Counted from the stretch's first letter, positions 11,578-21,679 are shown. The stretch is DNA of 64,000 bases from Dehalococcoidia bacterium (GCA_965262725.1 OZ253555.1:640001-704000), one strand, 5' to 3'. The notes: generated by a model not told the origin, from the letters alone. Made by a program: numbers and translations.

Positions 11578-12438
11578 GTGAAGCGTGATGCCTACCTGGC
11601 CGAGCCGGAAGTGCGCTCCTTCCTGAAGTGGGCTCGCCCGTTCGTGACCGGGGACCGTGAGCTCATCCACGGGTGGAGCGGCAAGCGGGGCGCGTTTGGC
11701 TGCCGGTCCCTGTTCGAGGCATACCGCCAGTTCGAGTGGGCGTTCAGAGTGCAGCTTCCCGGCGAGTCGAACACGTCCTGCGGGCGATCGCTCGACGACA
11801 ATTTCGCCGTGCTCGGTCGCTTGTCCCGCCTGCTACGGGAAGCCCGCGACCAGGGGAACGCGCCGGCGTTCTTGACGGCGGCCATCGCCGTGGTCGAGTG
11901 GGGAGGCGCGGGGGTGCGGCGGAACCGTGCCAGGTTGGAGGAGCGCGGAGCGGATGCGCTCGCGGACATTCGCGCGGACGCCGCTCGACTCGACCCGGCG
12001 CGCGCGGACCTCAGCCGACTGGACAAGGTCGGCTATCTGAACTCTGGATTCAGTAAGATCCACGCGCTTCTCATCGACGATTTCCCCATATACGACAGCA
12101 GAGTCGCCTGTGCCCTCGCGAGCATGGTGCGGCGCTACTGCGAGGAGAGCGGCCGCGCCGCTGTCCCGTGGCAACTCGCCTTCAGCATTCCGCCGTCCCA
12201 GGGACGGATCGTGCGGGATCCGTCCTGTGGCACCCTGCATTTCCGGAAGATGCGGTGGCGCGATACGAAGCAGTACGCGAGCTCGAACGTGATCGCCGCA
12301 TGGCTACTTGCGGCGCTCGCGGCTCACGGACCGTTTGGTGACCTTCCGCGCGACCAACGCCTGCCCGCCCTCCAGTCCGCCATGTTCATGCTCGGCTACC
12401 GTCCTGTTGTGGGCGGCGCGGGGTTCCCCGTCGACTGA
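11578..12438 (+). CDS. Hypothetical protein, possible HhH/OGG-fold DNA glycosylase-like
   Basis: VVEWGG, NSGFSKIHALL and PIYDSRVACAL segments; fold assignment is inference. Confidence 0.6.
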   Translation: MKRDAYLAEPEVRSFLKWARPFVTGDRELIHGWSGKRGAFGCRSLFEAYRQFEWAFRVQLPGESNTSCGRSLDDNFAVLGRLSRLLREARDQGNAPAFLTAAIAVVEWGGAGVRRNRARLEERGADALADIRADAARLDPARADLSRLDKVGYLNSGFSKIHALLIDDFPIYDSRVACALASMVRRYCEESGRAAVPWQLAFSIPPSQGRIVRDPSCGTLHFRKMRWRDTKQYASSNVIAAWLLAALAAHGPFGDLPRDQRLPALQSAMFMLGYRPVVGGAGFPVD

Positions 12439-12442
12439 GGGG

Positions 12443-12828
12443 TTCGCCGCCGACACCCGACCCGCGGCACGCGCGGGGCGATACCGCAGCTCGCCTCTGC
12501 GAGGTCTCGGGTCTCAGTCGTCGCTAGTGGTCGCCTCTACGCGAACCGGGGCCGGTCCGCTTCATTCGTCTTCCTCGGGTGGCCTCTTCCGTCTGTCGAA
12601 CCTCCCGGTCCGCCACGTCGCTGTCTCGCTGCCTTCCCTGCTGCTCGTGCACCTCCTCTACCGTCGTTCGACCCCGGGTTGTCCTGTCTGCTCGATTCGA
12701 CGCCTGCCGCGGAGAGCGCTGCTCGTTGCCTCGGGTGAGGGTGATCCGTGCCTGCGTCCCGGATGAGCGAGCCGTGCCGGTTTCTCTTCTCCCTGGAGTT
12801 GGTGGTACCGGCAAACGCACTGCTGACG
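12443..12828 (-). ncRNA. Putative ~390-nt structured non-coding leader RNA, copy A
   Basis: Near-identical to 43465-43850 and homologous to 27963-28173; conserved stems; starts just downstream of a TAGCCT -10 box (12835-12840). Confidence 0.55.
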
Positions 12829-12834
12829 GGGGAC

Positions 12835-13036
12835 AGGCTACGCAGGAGGGGTCCACGGGAAGTCCAGCGCAGGTCCAAAATCGGTCCAAAAGGTCCAGCA
12901 CAGATCCAGAATCGGTCCAAATCCGCGTGCACGGTTCCTGGGCTCGGCCGTATTCCCGGCGATCGGCTCCGTCAGGAAACGGTAGCTTTTCACAGGTTTG
13001 CACGCCGTTTGGACCAAATCTGGACCGAAATTGCCC
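12835..13036. promoter_or_regulatory. Divergent phased direct-repeat arrays (core TGGAC) with TAGCCT -10 box
   Basis: GTCCA-type words at 12851, 12862, 12873, 12884, 12893, 12904 and 12915; opposite-facing TGCAC/TGGAC/TGGAC/TGCCC at 12999, 13010, 13021 and 13032. Confidence 0.7.
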
Positions 13037-13828
13037 ACGGATCATTGTGATCTGGTTCTTCAACGTGGTTGTTCGTGAACAGGTGAAGCCGGGCTGCCTC
13101 GTCGATTCCCTCGACCCACCAGTCAGGCTCGTCCTTCCGAGGATTCTCTTCACGAGCATGTCGTGGCCAGTCCGCTGTCGATACGAATCTACTGATGCTG
13201 CGATGGCAGTGACGATCGCACGCCAGCGGACATGAGCTGCCGCACCTCGGCGGGGTCGATCGTTTCGGCCCACGCGGATTCGGTGATGAAGACATCGTGG
13301 AACTCGGACCGTTTCACGGCGCCGGTCCATCCCGCCGGCACCAACTAGGCCGTCCCATGCACGATCGGCACCCGCAGGGAGGCCCCGCCCAGGACCGGCA
13401 GGTCGCCCCAGTCGAGGCTGACGGCGGCCTCTGCGGGGACCGCGCCGCCGCAGCCCGTGAAGGCGTGGGTCATCCGCTCCGCGCCGGGGAGCGCGGGACG
13501 GTGCCGGCCGGGTCGGGCTGAACCTCCGTCATTTCGTGGCGCGCGAGGCAGTCGTCGCTCTCACGCCACTCGAAGAGGTCGCCCGCCTCCAGCGAGTCGT
13601 AGTGGGCCGCCCGCGACACGCCGTCGGCGTCGGACGTATGGATGAGGAGCCCCGTGGGGTTCGGAGGTCGCTGGCATCTACGGGCGCTGGCGTCGGCCGT
13701 CGGGACCTCCGGGTTCGGGAAGGCGAAGCGCGACCGACGGCTGCCCCCATACCATGGCGAACGTCGGGTGATCGGCGCGGGCGGGGGCAAACACCGCCGG
13801 TCCCTGCGCGGAAGGCAGGCGGCCAAGC

Positions 13829-14512
13829 ATGGCGGGGACGGACAGCCGGGAACCCTTTCCCGAGCCGACTGCGCGCGACCTCGCGGAGGCGGTGGTTCGT
13901 ACGAGCCTTTCCCTCGTCGCGGTGGTCGGCGGGCCGGCAAACCGGGTTCTCGATCTCGCGATCGTTCCGGCGTACGAGCGGCGGCGGGCGGACTGGTTCC
14001 GTCGGCTAGACGATCGCCTGAAGTGCCTCGAACAGGCGGTGGAGGGACTCACCGTTGAATCGCTGAGAGACGATGATGACTTCATCAGCGCGGTGACCAC
14101 CGCAACCCTGATCGGGCTCCGCACCCACGACGAGGAGAAGCTCGCGGCGCTTCAGAATGCCGTGGTCAACGTGGCGCTGGGCCGCGAATCCGCCCCGAAC
14201 CTGCAGTCCGTGTTTCTCAGCCTCGTGGACTACCTGACCCCGCTGCACATGCGATTGCTGCGCTTCTTCCAGGACCCGCGAGTGTTTGGCGAGACCCCGG
14301 GAAGACTGTCATCCGGGCTCACCACGCGCGACATCGTGCTGGCTGCCTTGCCGGACATACCCCCGACCGCCTACGACCTGCTCTCCGGGGACCTCGAGAG
14401 CCGAGGCCTGATCGCCCGTCCGAAGACTCCCGGGATTGGCCTCACTAGCGAGCAAACGACCGAGCTCGGGGCCAGGTTCCTGCGTTTCATCAGCGAGCAG
14501 CAGCCGGGCTAG
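13829..14512 (+). CDS. Hypothetical protein (weakly Abi-alpha-like)
   Basis: 227-aa ORF with globular composition; family is a guess. Confidence 0.65.
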   Translation: MAGTDSREPFPEPTARDLAEAVVRTSLSLVAVVGGPANRVLDLAIVPAYERRRADWFRRLDDRLKCLEQAVEGLTVESLRDDDDFISAVTTATLIGLRTHDEEKLAALQNAVVNVALGRESAPNLQSVFLSLVDYLTPLHMRLLRFFQDPRVFGETPGRLSSGLTTRDIVLAALPDIPPTAYDLLSGDLESRGLIARPKTPGIGLTSEQTTELGARFLRFISEQQPG

Positions 14513-14762
14513 GCACATCGCGGGTTGCGGTGCCCGGAGCGACGTCGCTGGCGAGCGGCCCACGCGAGAGCAGATCGAGATCCCGGACGCGACGCCCGCG
14601 ATCGTGGGTACCGCTCTCTGAGAGCGGGTTCAGGAGATCCTGGATGACCCGGCGCGAGCGGATCGCAGACCCGTCGCGCAGCGGCACTACACGCTGAGCG
14701 GCCGTCCTCGGCGAGGCGGGAGATCCACGCCCGCAGCTCCGCCGTCTCTCGGTCGTCGGCGC

Positions 14763-15269
14763 GTGAGCGGTGAGCGCGGCGCTCTCCCGGCTGCGGGCCA
14801 CGGGGCTGGACGTGGCGGAGGTCGACGGCGCCACGCTGTGGCTCCCCCCCGGGGTGACCGTGGATGCGTGGGAACTGGAGGAGCTGGCTGTCGGCGTCGC
14901 CGCGCATTCGGTGTCCCCCGCGAGCATTTCGAGCGCCTTGCACGCGCGTTCCTGCCCGGCTGGGACGATCCCTGGGTGAGGGTCGAGCGCGAGCGGCTGC
15001 GCGATCTCGCCCTGGAGGCGCTGGAGGCGGACGTGCGTCGGGCGGCGGCGAGCGGCGATAGGGATCGCGCACTGACTGCCGCCTACGCGGCGGTGCGTAT
15101 CGCTCCGCTCCGCGACAGCAGCGTCGGCGTGCTGATCCAGATCCTTCTCTCGCGGGGAAGCCCCGCCGTGGCGCTGCGGACCTACCATGGCTTCTATCGG
15201 CGCCTCAAGGCCATCGGGAGCGCGGCCCTCGGAGGCGACGCGAGCGCTGGTCGCGCCGATGCTGGGTAG
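14763..15269 (+). pseudogene. Frameshifted SARP/BTAD-domain regulator fragment
   Basis: SAALSRLR...VDAWEL in one frame; LPGWDDPWVRVERERLR...APLRDS in another. Confidence 0.6.
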
Positions 15270-15419
15270 CGCCCTCTGGCGGATGATCGAGGGCCGGTCG
15301 CCCTCGCGGTAGCGAGCGGCACCGACGAGGGGCCGAGCACGATCTGGGTCCGCGTGGCGGTGCCGGCAGCGCAGCGGCTCGGGCCAAGTCACGTACTGGA
15401 CGCTTGACGAGTGAGAGCC

Positions 15420-15503
15420 GTGCACCCTGTGCACCCATGCACTAGGGAATACAGGATGTGTACACCACACGTACTCCTAGGGAGCAGGATGCACAGGGTG
15501 CAC
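15420..15503. repeat. TGCAC iteron-like repeats (8-9 bp period) forming a 16-bp inverted repeat
   Basis: GTGCACCCTGTGCACC (15420-15435) versus GATGCACAGGGTGCAC (15488-15503). Confidence 0.7.
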
Positions 15504-15543
15504 GAGGGAGACGGGCGGGACGCGAGGAGGAGGGACGGCGAGC

Positions 15544-15810
15544 ATGGAGACAGAGGCCGCGGGACTGGTCACGTTTTCGCTGATGAGCAGGCAGGGCGGC
15601 GATCGGTGGCATTTGATCTGCGCCCGTTGCGGCCGCGGTCGGGTGCGCTCGGCCGTCGAGGTGTCGTGGCGTCGCGTGCGGCTGCTGCCAGCGCTCGGGG
15701 AGGTCTGGCAGGTGGACGGGAGTGATGCCGCGCTAGCGGCCGCCGTCGAGCACGAGCGGGAGCACGCCGCGGAAGGGGGCGCGCCTGATGGAGAAGGAAC
15801 ACGGCCATGA
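15544..15810 (+). CDS. Hypothetical phage/satellite protein (CxxC)
   Basis: ATG after a purine-rich tract; ATGA overlap with the next ORF. Confidence 0.5.
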   Translation: METEAAGLVTFSLMSRQGGDRWHLICARCGRGRVRSAVEVSWRRVRLLPALGEVWQVDGSDAALAAAVEHEREHAAEGGAPDGEGTRP

Positions 15811-16223
15811 CCAAGGCGGGGCCGATCGTGGTTCTCAAGGTCGAGATCCACGACTCGACGGGGCGCGAGGCATCGAGGCCGGGCGCGTTCATGGTGCGGC
15901 CTGACGAGGCCGAGAGAGCCGGGCTGGTGGTCGGCGTGACGCCGCATATGCACTTGGTCTTGCGTGGCCGGTCGCCGCTGGCGGTCGCCGTGTTCGAGCC
16001 CGACGCCGCGGAGCGGGCCGCCGCCCTGTCCATCGCCGCCATCCCGGGCGTGTTCGCAGACGGGAGGGTGACATCCGGCGGCCTCCCGCTGGTCGAGGTG
16101 GATGGCACGCGCTGGCACTGTGCCTCGGCTGAGGCGGACGCGGCGCGCGTCGTGCTGAGGCGTGAGCTTGGCCCTCGGTGGCGCTGGCCGTGTGAGATCG
16201 TGAAGGGGCTCGCCGCCGACTGA
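15807..16223 (+). CDS. Hypothetical phage/satellite protein
   Basis: 138-aa ORF coupled to the upstream ORF; GAAGGA RBS. Confidence 0.55.
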   Translation: MTKAGPIVVLKVEIHDSTGREASRPGAFMVRPDEAERAGLVVGVTPHMHLVLRGRSPLAVAVFEPDAAERAAALSIAAIPGVFADGRVTSGGLPLVEVDGTRWHCASAEADAARVVLRRELGPRWRWPCEIVKGLAAD

Positions 16224-16334
16224 TAGCGGAGGCGCTCGCGGGGGCGTAAGCCCTATCCCGCGCCTGATGGCACCGCCGGGCGCGCTTGGGGTGCCTAGGG
16301 GCGAAGCGGGGGTCTTCCTGCCACACACAGGACC

Positions 16335-16443
16335 GATCGCGGCCGAGGTGGCTACCTACCTCGAGGGGCTCACCATCCGGGGCGGCGACCTCGACGGCGA
16401 GCCGTTCCGGGTGCTCCCGTGGGAGCGCCGATTCCTGCGGGAG
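16335..16443 (+). pseudogene. N-terminal fragment of a phage terminase large subunit
   Basis: YLEGLTIRGGDLDGEPFRVLPWERRFLR resembles terminase N-termini; cut off by the convergent gene. Confidence 0.55.
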
Positions 16444-18026
16444 GACTCCCGAGCCTCGAACCAGACGAGCACCACGGCGCGAGCACAGGCATCGCCAAGG
16501 CGCTCTGCCTCTCGCGTCGGAAGGAACCTCGACCTGTGGCTGACGAGATTGCGAGTGCCGACGGCTGCCGCCAGCGTATTCGCGACCATTTGGTCGCGGT
16601 CGATGCCGGGTGTAGCGGCATGGACCGCCCTCTCAACGCTTCGCTCGGCTAGGTCTCCGGCCCCATCCCCCGTCTTCAGCGGTTTGAAGTGGGGAAGCCA
16701 CGCAGAGTCTCTCCCCAGGATCTGCACCATCGGCCGCAGCGTCTTGTTGTGAGGGCAATCGTCCTGGTGAGGCGTGTGACTGCACGGCGACTCGACTTCA
16801 AGGAGGGCGCGGAGGAGTTGCTCGACTGCTAGTGCTAGCGGCCTGAGCCTCCGATTGAGGAAGCCGGGGAAGCGGTCACGGCGCTGATCATCGTCGGTGA
16901 ACGACTCGTGCTGGAGGCTGCGCAGGACCTCGAAGAGGTCGTTCTCTTGGCAGAACGCCACGATCTCATCGGGCACGCTGTTGAGAGTGCCCCGACCGGC
17001 GATGCTCGCGAGAGGCTCTGCACCAACCATGAACCTCAGGTTCTCCCGTGCGTCGTCAGCAGCCGCGTCGACCGGATCGAGACGGCGCAAACCCGCGACC
17101 AGCGCCGGTCCGCGATGCCTCTCGGCGGAAGCGAGGAAGCTATCCCAGTCGTGTCCGAACGCATATCCGGCGAGTGCTTGGGCGTCGAGCAGGTATTGCT
17201 CCGCGTCCTCGGCCAGAGCGATGCGCTCGTCGGCACGGTACTCATTGATCAATCCGACAAGTCTTCCGAGGAACTCGAAGAAGGCCGGCTCGGCTACGCC
17301 TGACATCTCGAGGGCCCGCTGCGCCCAATCGGTCAGGACCGTCCGGAGTTGGTCGCGCGCCGGCTTCGAAAGCGATTCTCCTGAGAGCATGCCGTCGAAC
17401 GCTTCGTTAAGAGCAGCTTGGTCCGCGTAGAGAAACCTCTCCAACGCGTCGAAGCCAGCGGCCATCCCTCGGAGTGAACGGATCTCCTCGGTGTTATCGG
17501 GGAGGCGGTACCGACTCTGGAGTTCATGTGCCGGGTCTAGGTGTCGCAAGAATCGTGAGTGGACGTAGTAGTACTTCTGGCGGAGCAGTAGTTCGAGGAC
17601 ATGGACCTGCCAGGGGTGGTAGTACCGCTCGACAGCCGGGTGCCTTCTTACTTTTCGATCCGGCCCGGTGACGGCAACCTTGCCGGCGTCCCACGGCTCG
17701 AAGGTCGCGCAGTCGGGTGTGACGAGGAACGGATTGCGGCCACGCTCAGCGTCGAAGGAGTGGAGGCCGTCCGCATGGCGTAGCTGCAGCCTCCGCAATG
17801 CCTCGGGAGATGTCAGGTCTTCCGGGTTCGTGATGGGCACCCCGGAACCCATCTCGGCCGCCGCGATGACGTAGGCGGTTGGTCGGTGGACCCGGGCAGC
17901 GGGCAAGAGCAGGCAGTGTTGCTCATAGAACTCCAACTCCGAATCACTCGGCCAGCCCACGTTGAGCGAATTGGCATAGGACCTGAAGTTGCGGGCCGTG
18001 ATGAAGCGTTCGCCGTGCCGATTCAT
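16356..18026 (-). CDS. Large hypothetical protein with C-terminal RxxxxH (HEPN-like) motif
   Basis: Long ORF from ATG 18026; RNLVSH near the C-terminus; the extreme 3' end runs into the terminase fragment. Confidence 0.65.
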   Translation of the reverse strand: MNRHGERFITARNFRSYANSLNVGWPSDSELEFYEQHCLLLPAARVHRPTAYVIAAAEMGSGVPITNPEDLTSPEALRRLQLRHADGLHSFDAERGRNPFLVTPDCATFEPWDAGKVAVTGPDRKVRRHPAVERYYHPWQVHVLELLLRQKYYYVHSRFLRHLDPAHELQSRYRLPDNTEEIRSLRGMAAGFDALERFLYADQAALNEAFDGMLSGESLSKPARDQLRTVLTDWAQRALEMSGVAEPAFFEFLGRLVGLINEYRADERIALAEDAEQYLLDAQALAGYAFGHDWDSFLASAERHRGPALVAGLRRLDPVDAAADDARENLRFMVGAEPLASIAGRGTLNSVPDEIVAFCQENDLFEVLRSLQHESFTDDDQRRDRFPGFLNRRLRPLALAVEQLLRALLEVESPCSHTPHQDDCPHNKTLRPMVQILGRDSAWLPHFKPLKTGDGAGDLAERSVERAVHAATPGIDRDQMVANTLAAAVGTRNLVSHRSRFLPTREAERLGDACARAVVLVWFEARESSRRNRRSHGSTRNGSPSRSPPRMVSPSR

Positions 18027-18553
18027 GGGTCTCCTGCAGCAGGATGCTGCTTGCGCGCTCGAGGGTAGCAGCGATTGCAGAACGGTCACGTGGAGACCGG
18101 AGTTGTTGCTCGTCGTCGGCTCGGCCGCTGAGTGGCTGTGTGGCTCCACTGTGCCTGAATCGGTCGGCCTAGGCCTCCGTCTAGCCAAACAGCACCGCGG
18201 CGACCTTCTGCCACGGGCCGCGGAGGCTGGACGTTGACTCGTCTTCGACGAGGCCGTCCTCCCCGGCTAGTGTCCTCGATCCCTGAGATTTACGGGGAAG
18301 TTCGCTCCCGAGAGCCCCACCTCACACGGTTCCGCGCGGGCTGCGCAGCAACTGCCCACCACTGGGATATCCCCCGGGCGGCTAGGGCCGACGGCCTTGG
18401 CCGGAGGGCAGCCTCGACCGGAGCATGCGTCGCACCTCCGTGGTGGCTTAGCGCGGTTCGGGATGGGAGACTCACTCCGAAGAGTAGGCTGCCATCACCT
18501 AGATCCGGTGGCAGCGCGGCGTCTCGGGAGACAGGGCGGACCGGTAGCCGTGG

Positions 18554-19102
18554 ATGACTACGGAAGGCATCACGACTTGGGAGAACGCCCGCCGGCGAAG
18601 GTTGCTGAGCGACTTCCGGGACAATGTTGAACGGTACTTCGGTGCAGCCACTGACGAGGACGACGGCGCCGTTCGTCGTGAGCTTAATCGAGCCTTACCC
18701 GAAGTCCGGAGCGTCGTTGCTACCGCGGGGATAGTACCAATGCTCCGCTGGAATCCTCCGAGACTGATGGGCGGTCCCGCGATGGATGTCCACCTCCTCC
18801 GCGATCTGTTCCATCTCAAGCAGTTGTGGATCAGTCACACTCTTGTGTTGGACGAGCTAGACCGCTCTCTGGGCGTCTACGAAGCCGATAGACGTGGAGC
18901 ACTCGCACGGACCTGGAACCCCTTTTGGTGGCTCCAGCGAGGGCTGAGTTGGCTTGGTCGGATTCCCTTCCGCGTACTGCGTGCCGTTGGCATCAACACC
19001 ACTCGCCTTGAAGGCACCGGGGTTGGGTCGGTCATTGGACTCGTCACCGCTTTGGCCGCTCTGGCGGCGGCCCTTCTCACTATCGGTAATGAGATCCGTT
19101 GA
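18554..19102 (+). CDS. Hypothetical membrane protein
   Basis: 182 aa with a C-terminal hydrophobic helix (VIGLVTALAALAAALLTI). Confidence 0.7.
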   Translation: MTTEGITTWENARRRRLLSDFRDNVERYFGAATDEDDGAVRRELNRALPEVRSVVATAGIVPMLRWNPPRLMGGPAMDVHLLRDLFHLKQLWISHTLVLDELDRSLGVYEADRRGALARTWNPFWWLQRGLSWLGRIPFRVLRAVGINTTRLEGTGVGSVIGLVTALAALAAALLTIGNEIR

Positions 19103-19115
19103 GCTCCAAGCCGGC

Positions 19116-19190
19116 CTAGCCAAACAGCACCGCCGCGACCTTCTCGCTCGCTTCGCGCTGCATGTCGGGCAGCACGTGGGAGTAGAGGTC
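19116..19190 (-). pseudogene. 3' tail of a tyrosine integrase (second, shorter copy at 18181-18209)
   Basis: Encodes DLYSHVLPDMQREASEKVAAVLFG*, which includes the catalytic Tyr motif. Confidence 0.7.
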
Positions 19191-19408
19191 GCTTGTTGTG
19201 CTCATCTGCGTGTGGGGCTCGGGCTACGCGCCACCACCTACGGTTCGGACCGCGCCAGCCCCTTACCCAACCCACCCTCGACAACTCCTTTCCCTCCGCT
19301 GCGGGGAAGTCAGACTCCACCGAGCGTAGGCACTGGGCGGTCGGGGGTGGTGTCCCCATGTTCTTTGTCAAGGGCCAGCGCCACTGATCCGGGATGGCCG
19401 GCGCAGCG

Positions 19409-20626
19409 TCAGGTAGCCACCGACCCGTGACGAGGAGCCTCCTCGGCGCGGTACGGTTCGCGCGAGCGCAGCATGGCCAGGATGACGTCGCAGCGACGAC
19501 GCGCGAGGCAGATGACGGCTGCGGTGTGTTTCTTCCCCTCGGCCCGCTTGCGGTCGTAGAACGCCCGCGAGACGGGGTCGCGCAGCGAGGCGAAGGCGGA
19601 GAGGTACATCGCGTTCTTGAGCCGGTGATTCCCGCGGCGGCTCCGCGTCTGGCCCCGGATGCTGCTGCCGGATTGGCGGGTGACCGGGGCAGGGCCGGCG
19701 TAGCTGGCCAGCCTCGATCCGTTCGCGAAGCGAGAGATGTCACCGATCTCGGCGAGCATCCGCGCCCCCGTCGTCGGCCCGACCCCCGGCAGGGAGCCGA
19801 GGATGAGGCCGAAAGGGTGGGCCTCGAAGAGCTCCCCGATCTCCGCGCCGAGCCGCTCCCGCCGCTGCTGCGTGCGATCCAGCTCGGTCGCGACCTCGGC
19901 GATCACCCGACCCATCGCGACCGAGCCGGGTACGACCACGGTCTGGGCGCCGAGGGCCCCGGTGACGGCCTCGGTGAGCGCCTTCGCGAGGCGCGGCGAG
20001 CGCTTCCGGAGCGTCCGCGCGATGCGGCCGCGACCCGCCGTGGCCAGCGCCTGCGGTGTCGGGTAGCGGGCGAGCAGGTCCCGTGCCCCCGCATTGTGGA
20101 GCCTGGGGCCCAGTACGCGCTCCAGGGCCGGGGAGAGACCGGTGAGGGCGTCGCGGAGCCGGTTCGTGAGCCGCGTGGCATCGGCGGCGAGGTCGATGTC
20201 GTAGCCGTCGAGAACGCGCAGCTGCTCCAGGAGTTCGTCGTTGCCGGCGTCGAGCCAGTGCACCTGGTGGCGCCGGGTGCGGCCGGTGTCGGCCAGCACG
20301 AACGCGTCGCGACGGTCGGTCTTGGACTCACCCGGGTAGAGGTCGGCGGCACGGCGCATGACCAGCCCCGGCACGTACGCCACCGGCACGCCGCGGCGGG
20401 CGGCGACGGCGAGCACGAGCCGGGCCAGCGAGCCGGGCTGGTCGACGACCAGTGCCGCGGAGCCGAAGGACTCCGCGCGAGCGAGGAGCGCCTCGATGTC
20501 GGCCTCGTCGTTCGCGACGGCGACGGCGAACAGCGGCGAGCCTGCCGCGTCCAGCACATCGGCGAAGTGCTCGGTCTTGCCGATGTCGAGGCCGATCCAC
20601 ACGGTGGTTTCGTCGGGCGTACCCAC
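19409..20626 (-). CDS. IS110 family transposase/recombinase
   Basis: IGLDIGK, KTDRRDA, SLPGVG, LASYAG.APVTRQSG and GNHRLK motifs. Confidence 0.95.
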   Translation of the reverse strand: MGTPDETTVWIGLDIGKTEHFADVLDAAGSPLFAVAVANDEADIEALLARAESFGSAALVVDQPGSLARLVLAVAARRGVPVAYVPGLVMRRAADLYPGESKTDRRDAFVLADTGRTRRHQVHWLDAGNDELLEQLRVLDGYDIDLAADATRLTNRLRDALTGLSPALERVLGPRLHNAGARDLLARYPTPQALATAGRGRIARTLRKRSPRLAKALTEAVTGALGAQTVVVPGSVAMGRVIAEVATELDRTQQRRERLGAEIGELFEAHPFGLILGSLPGVGPTTGARMLAEIGDISRFANGSRLASYAGPAPVTRQSGSSIRGQTRSRRGNHRLKNAMYLSAFASLRDPVSRAFYDRKRAEGKKHTAAVICLARRRCDVILAMLRSREPYRAEEAPRHGSVAT

Positions 20627-20639
20627 TGCAACTCCTTCC

Positions 20640-20850
20640 GGGGTTTCTCCCTCATTCCAGCAGGAAGGCCGCAGGCGCGCTCGCCGTCATCCACCTTACA
20701 AATCAGCGATTGGCTCGCATGTCCCCATCAGAGGTTCATGCGCCGAACAGTGCCGGTGGCAACACCACCTGGGCCGTCCGTTGCGGCAGGGCCACTTGAG
20801 CCATGCCGGCACTGCTGGGCTTCCCGGGCTCAGAGGTTACTGAGCTCGTT
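20640..20850 (-). ncRNA. Bridge RNA of IS110 element 1
   Basis: Stem CAGUGCCGG/CCGGCACUG encloses target guides; a second loop holds donor guides matching the IS ends. Confidence 0.75.
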
Positions 20851-21595
20851 TGAAGAAGGTAAGGGGCCACTTCAGAGCATCACTCCCAACCCCATGTCCA
20901 TACAGTGCGAGTGGCCGACCTCGGTGGCCGTGGGGTTCTCGTCGCGGGGGCGGGCGGGTATGCCGACGATCGGCCGACGCGCGAGTACATCCGCGAGTCG
21001 CGGGTGCGCCATCACGCCTCGATGCCCCGGACGTGGCAATCGACCCCAGAGATACGATGCCTGTCCCGGAGCAGGAGATGAATCGGGCCTCGGCTTGAGT
21101 CGGCGAGCAGATAGCGGCGTCCGAGTAGACACGGCATCGCGATGTGCCGAGCAAGACAATCGCATGGCGCGAGTGGCCGAGCGCGAGGTTCGACCCGTGC
21201 ATGAAGAAAAAGATCATATGATCCGCTATCAATTCCCGCTCACGATCCGCTCGATCGTTCCCACGGCGCATCTGTGGAGCGCCGTCGGGTACCTACTCAA
21301 GCGGCGTCGGCGCTCGCGGGCACTCGCGACTCGGGAGCTTGAGCGAGGAATGGGACGCGCCGTCAGGCTGCCCTCCAGTGTCGACGTGGATCTCGTAGGG
21401 GCGAAGGAAGGCGCGCTTCACGAACGTGAGGTGGCGCTCGCTGCTGCCGGCCAGGTGAGAGCCCGGCGTCGCCGTCGCGCCACGCAGGCGCGCGGGGCCG
21501 CGGTCCCGGGAAGCACGCGGGCGCCAACGGCAGCCGCCCGAGCAACCGCGGCCGGCGCGGGCAGAGGCACCGCGAGGGGATGCTGCCCGAGTTCG

Positions 21596-21630
21596 ATGCT
21601 CGACGGGATTCGAACCCGCGACCCGTGGAC
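21596..21630 (-). other. tRNA T-arm remnant (possible att scar)
   Basis: GGTCGCGGGTTCGAATCCCGTC; no D or anticodon arm upstream. Confidence 0.45.
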
Positions 21631-21679
21631 CTGGCGGCTGATCGGGAGTTGATTGCGCTTCGTGCGCGACTCGCGGCAC

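Larger units (their letters stand above)
19349..20864 (-). mobile_element. IS110-family element 1 (complete, CC core at both junctions)
   Basis: Transposase, 5' non-coding region, TTGACA near the right end, and junctions that match internal guide segments. Confidence 0.88.

Noticed and set aside
12443-12828. Leader repeat as a group II intron (GTGCG near its 5' end)
   Set aside because: No domain V/VI motif, no reverse transcriptase, and it does not interrupt a gene
19394-21652. 752-aa plus-strand ORF and similar long Arg/Ala/Pro-rich ORFs
   Set aside because: Antisense or off-frame shadows of real genes in high-GC DNA
21590-21670. Full tRNA gene
   Set aside because: Only a T-arm is present; no D-arm, anticodon arm or CCA
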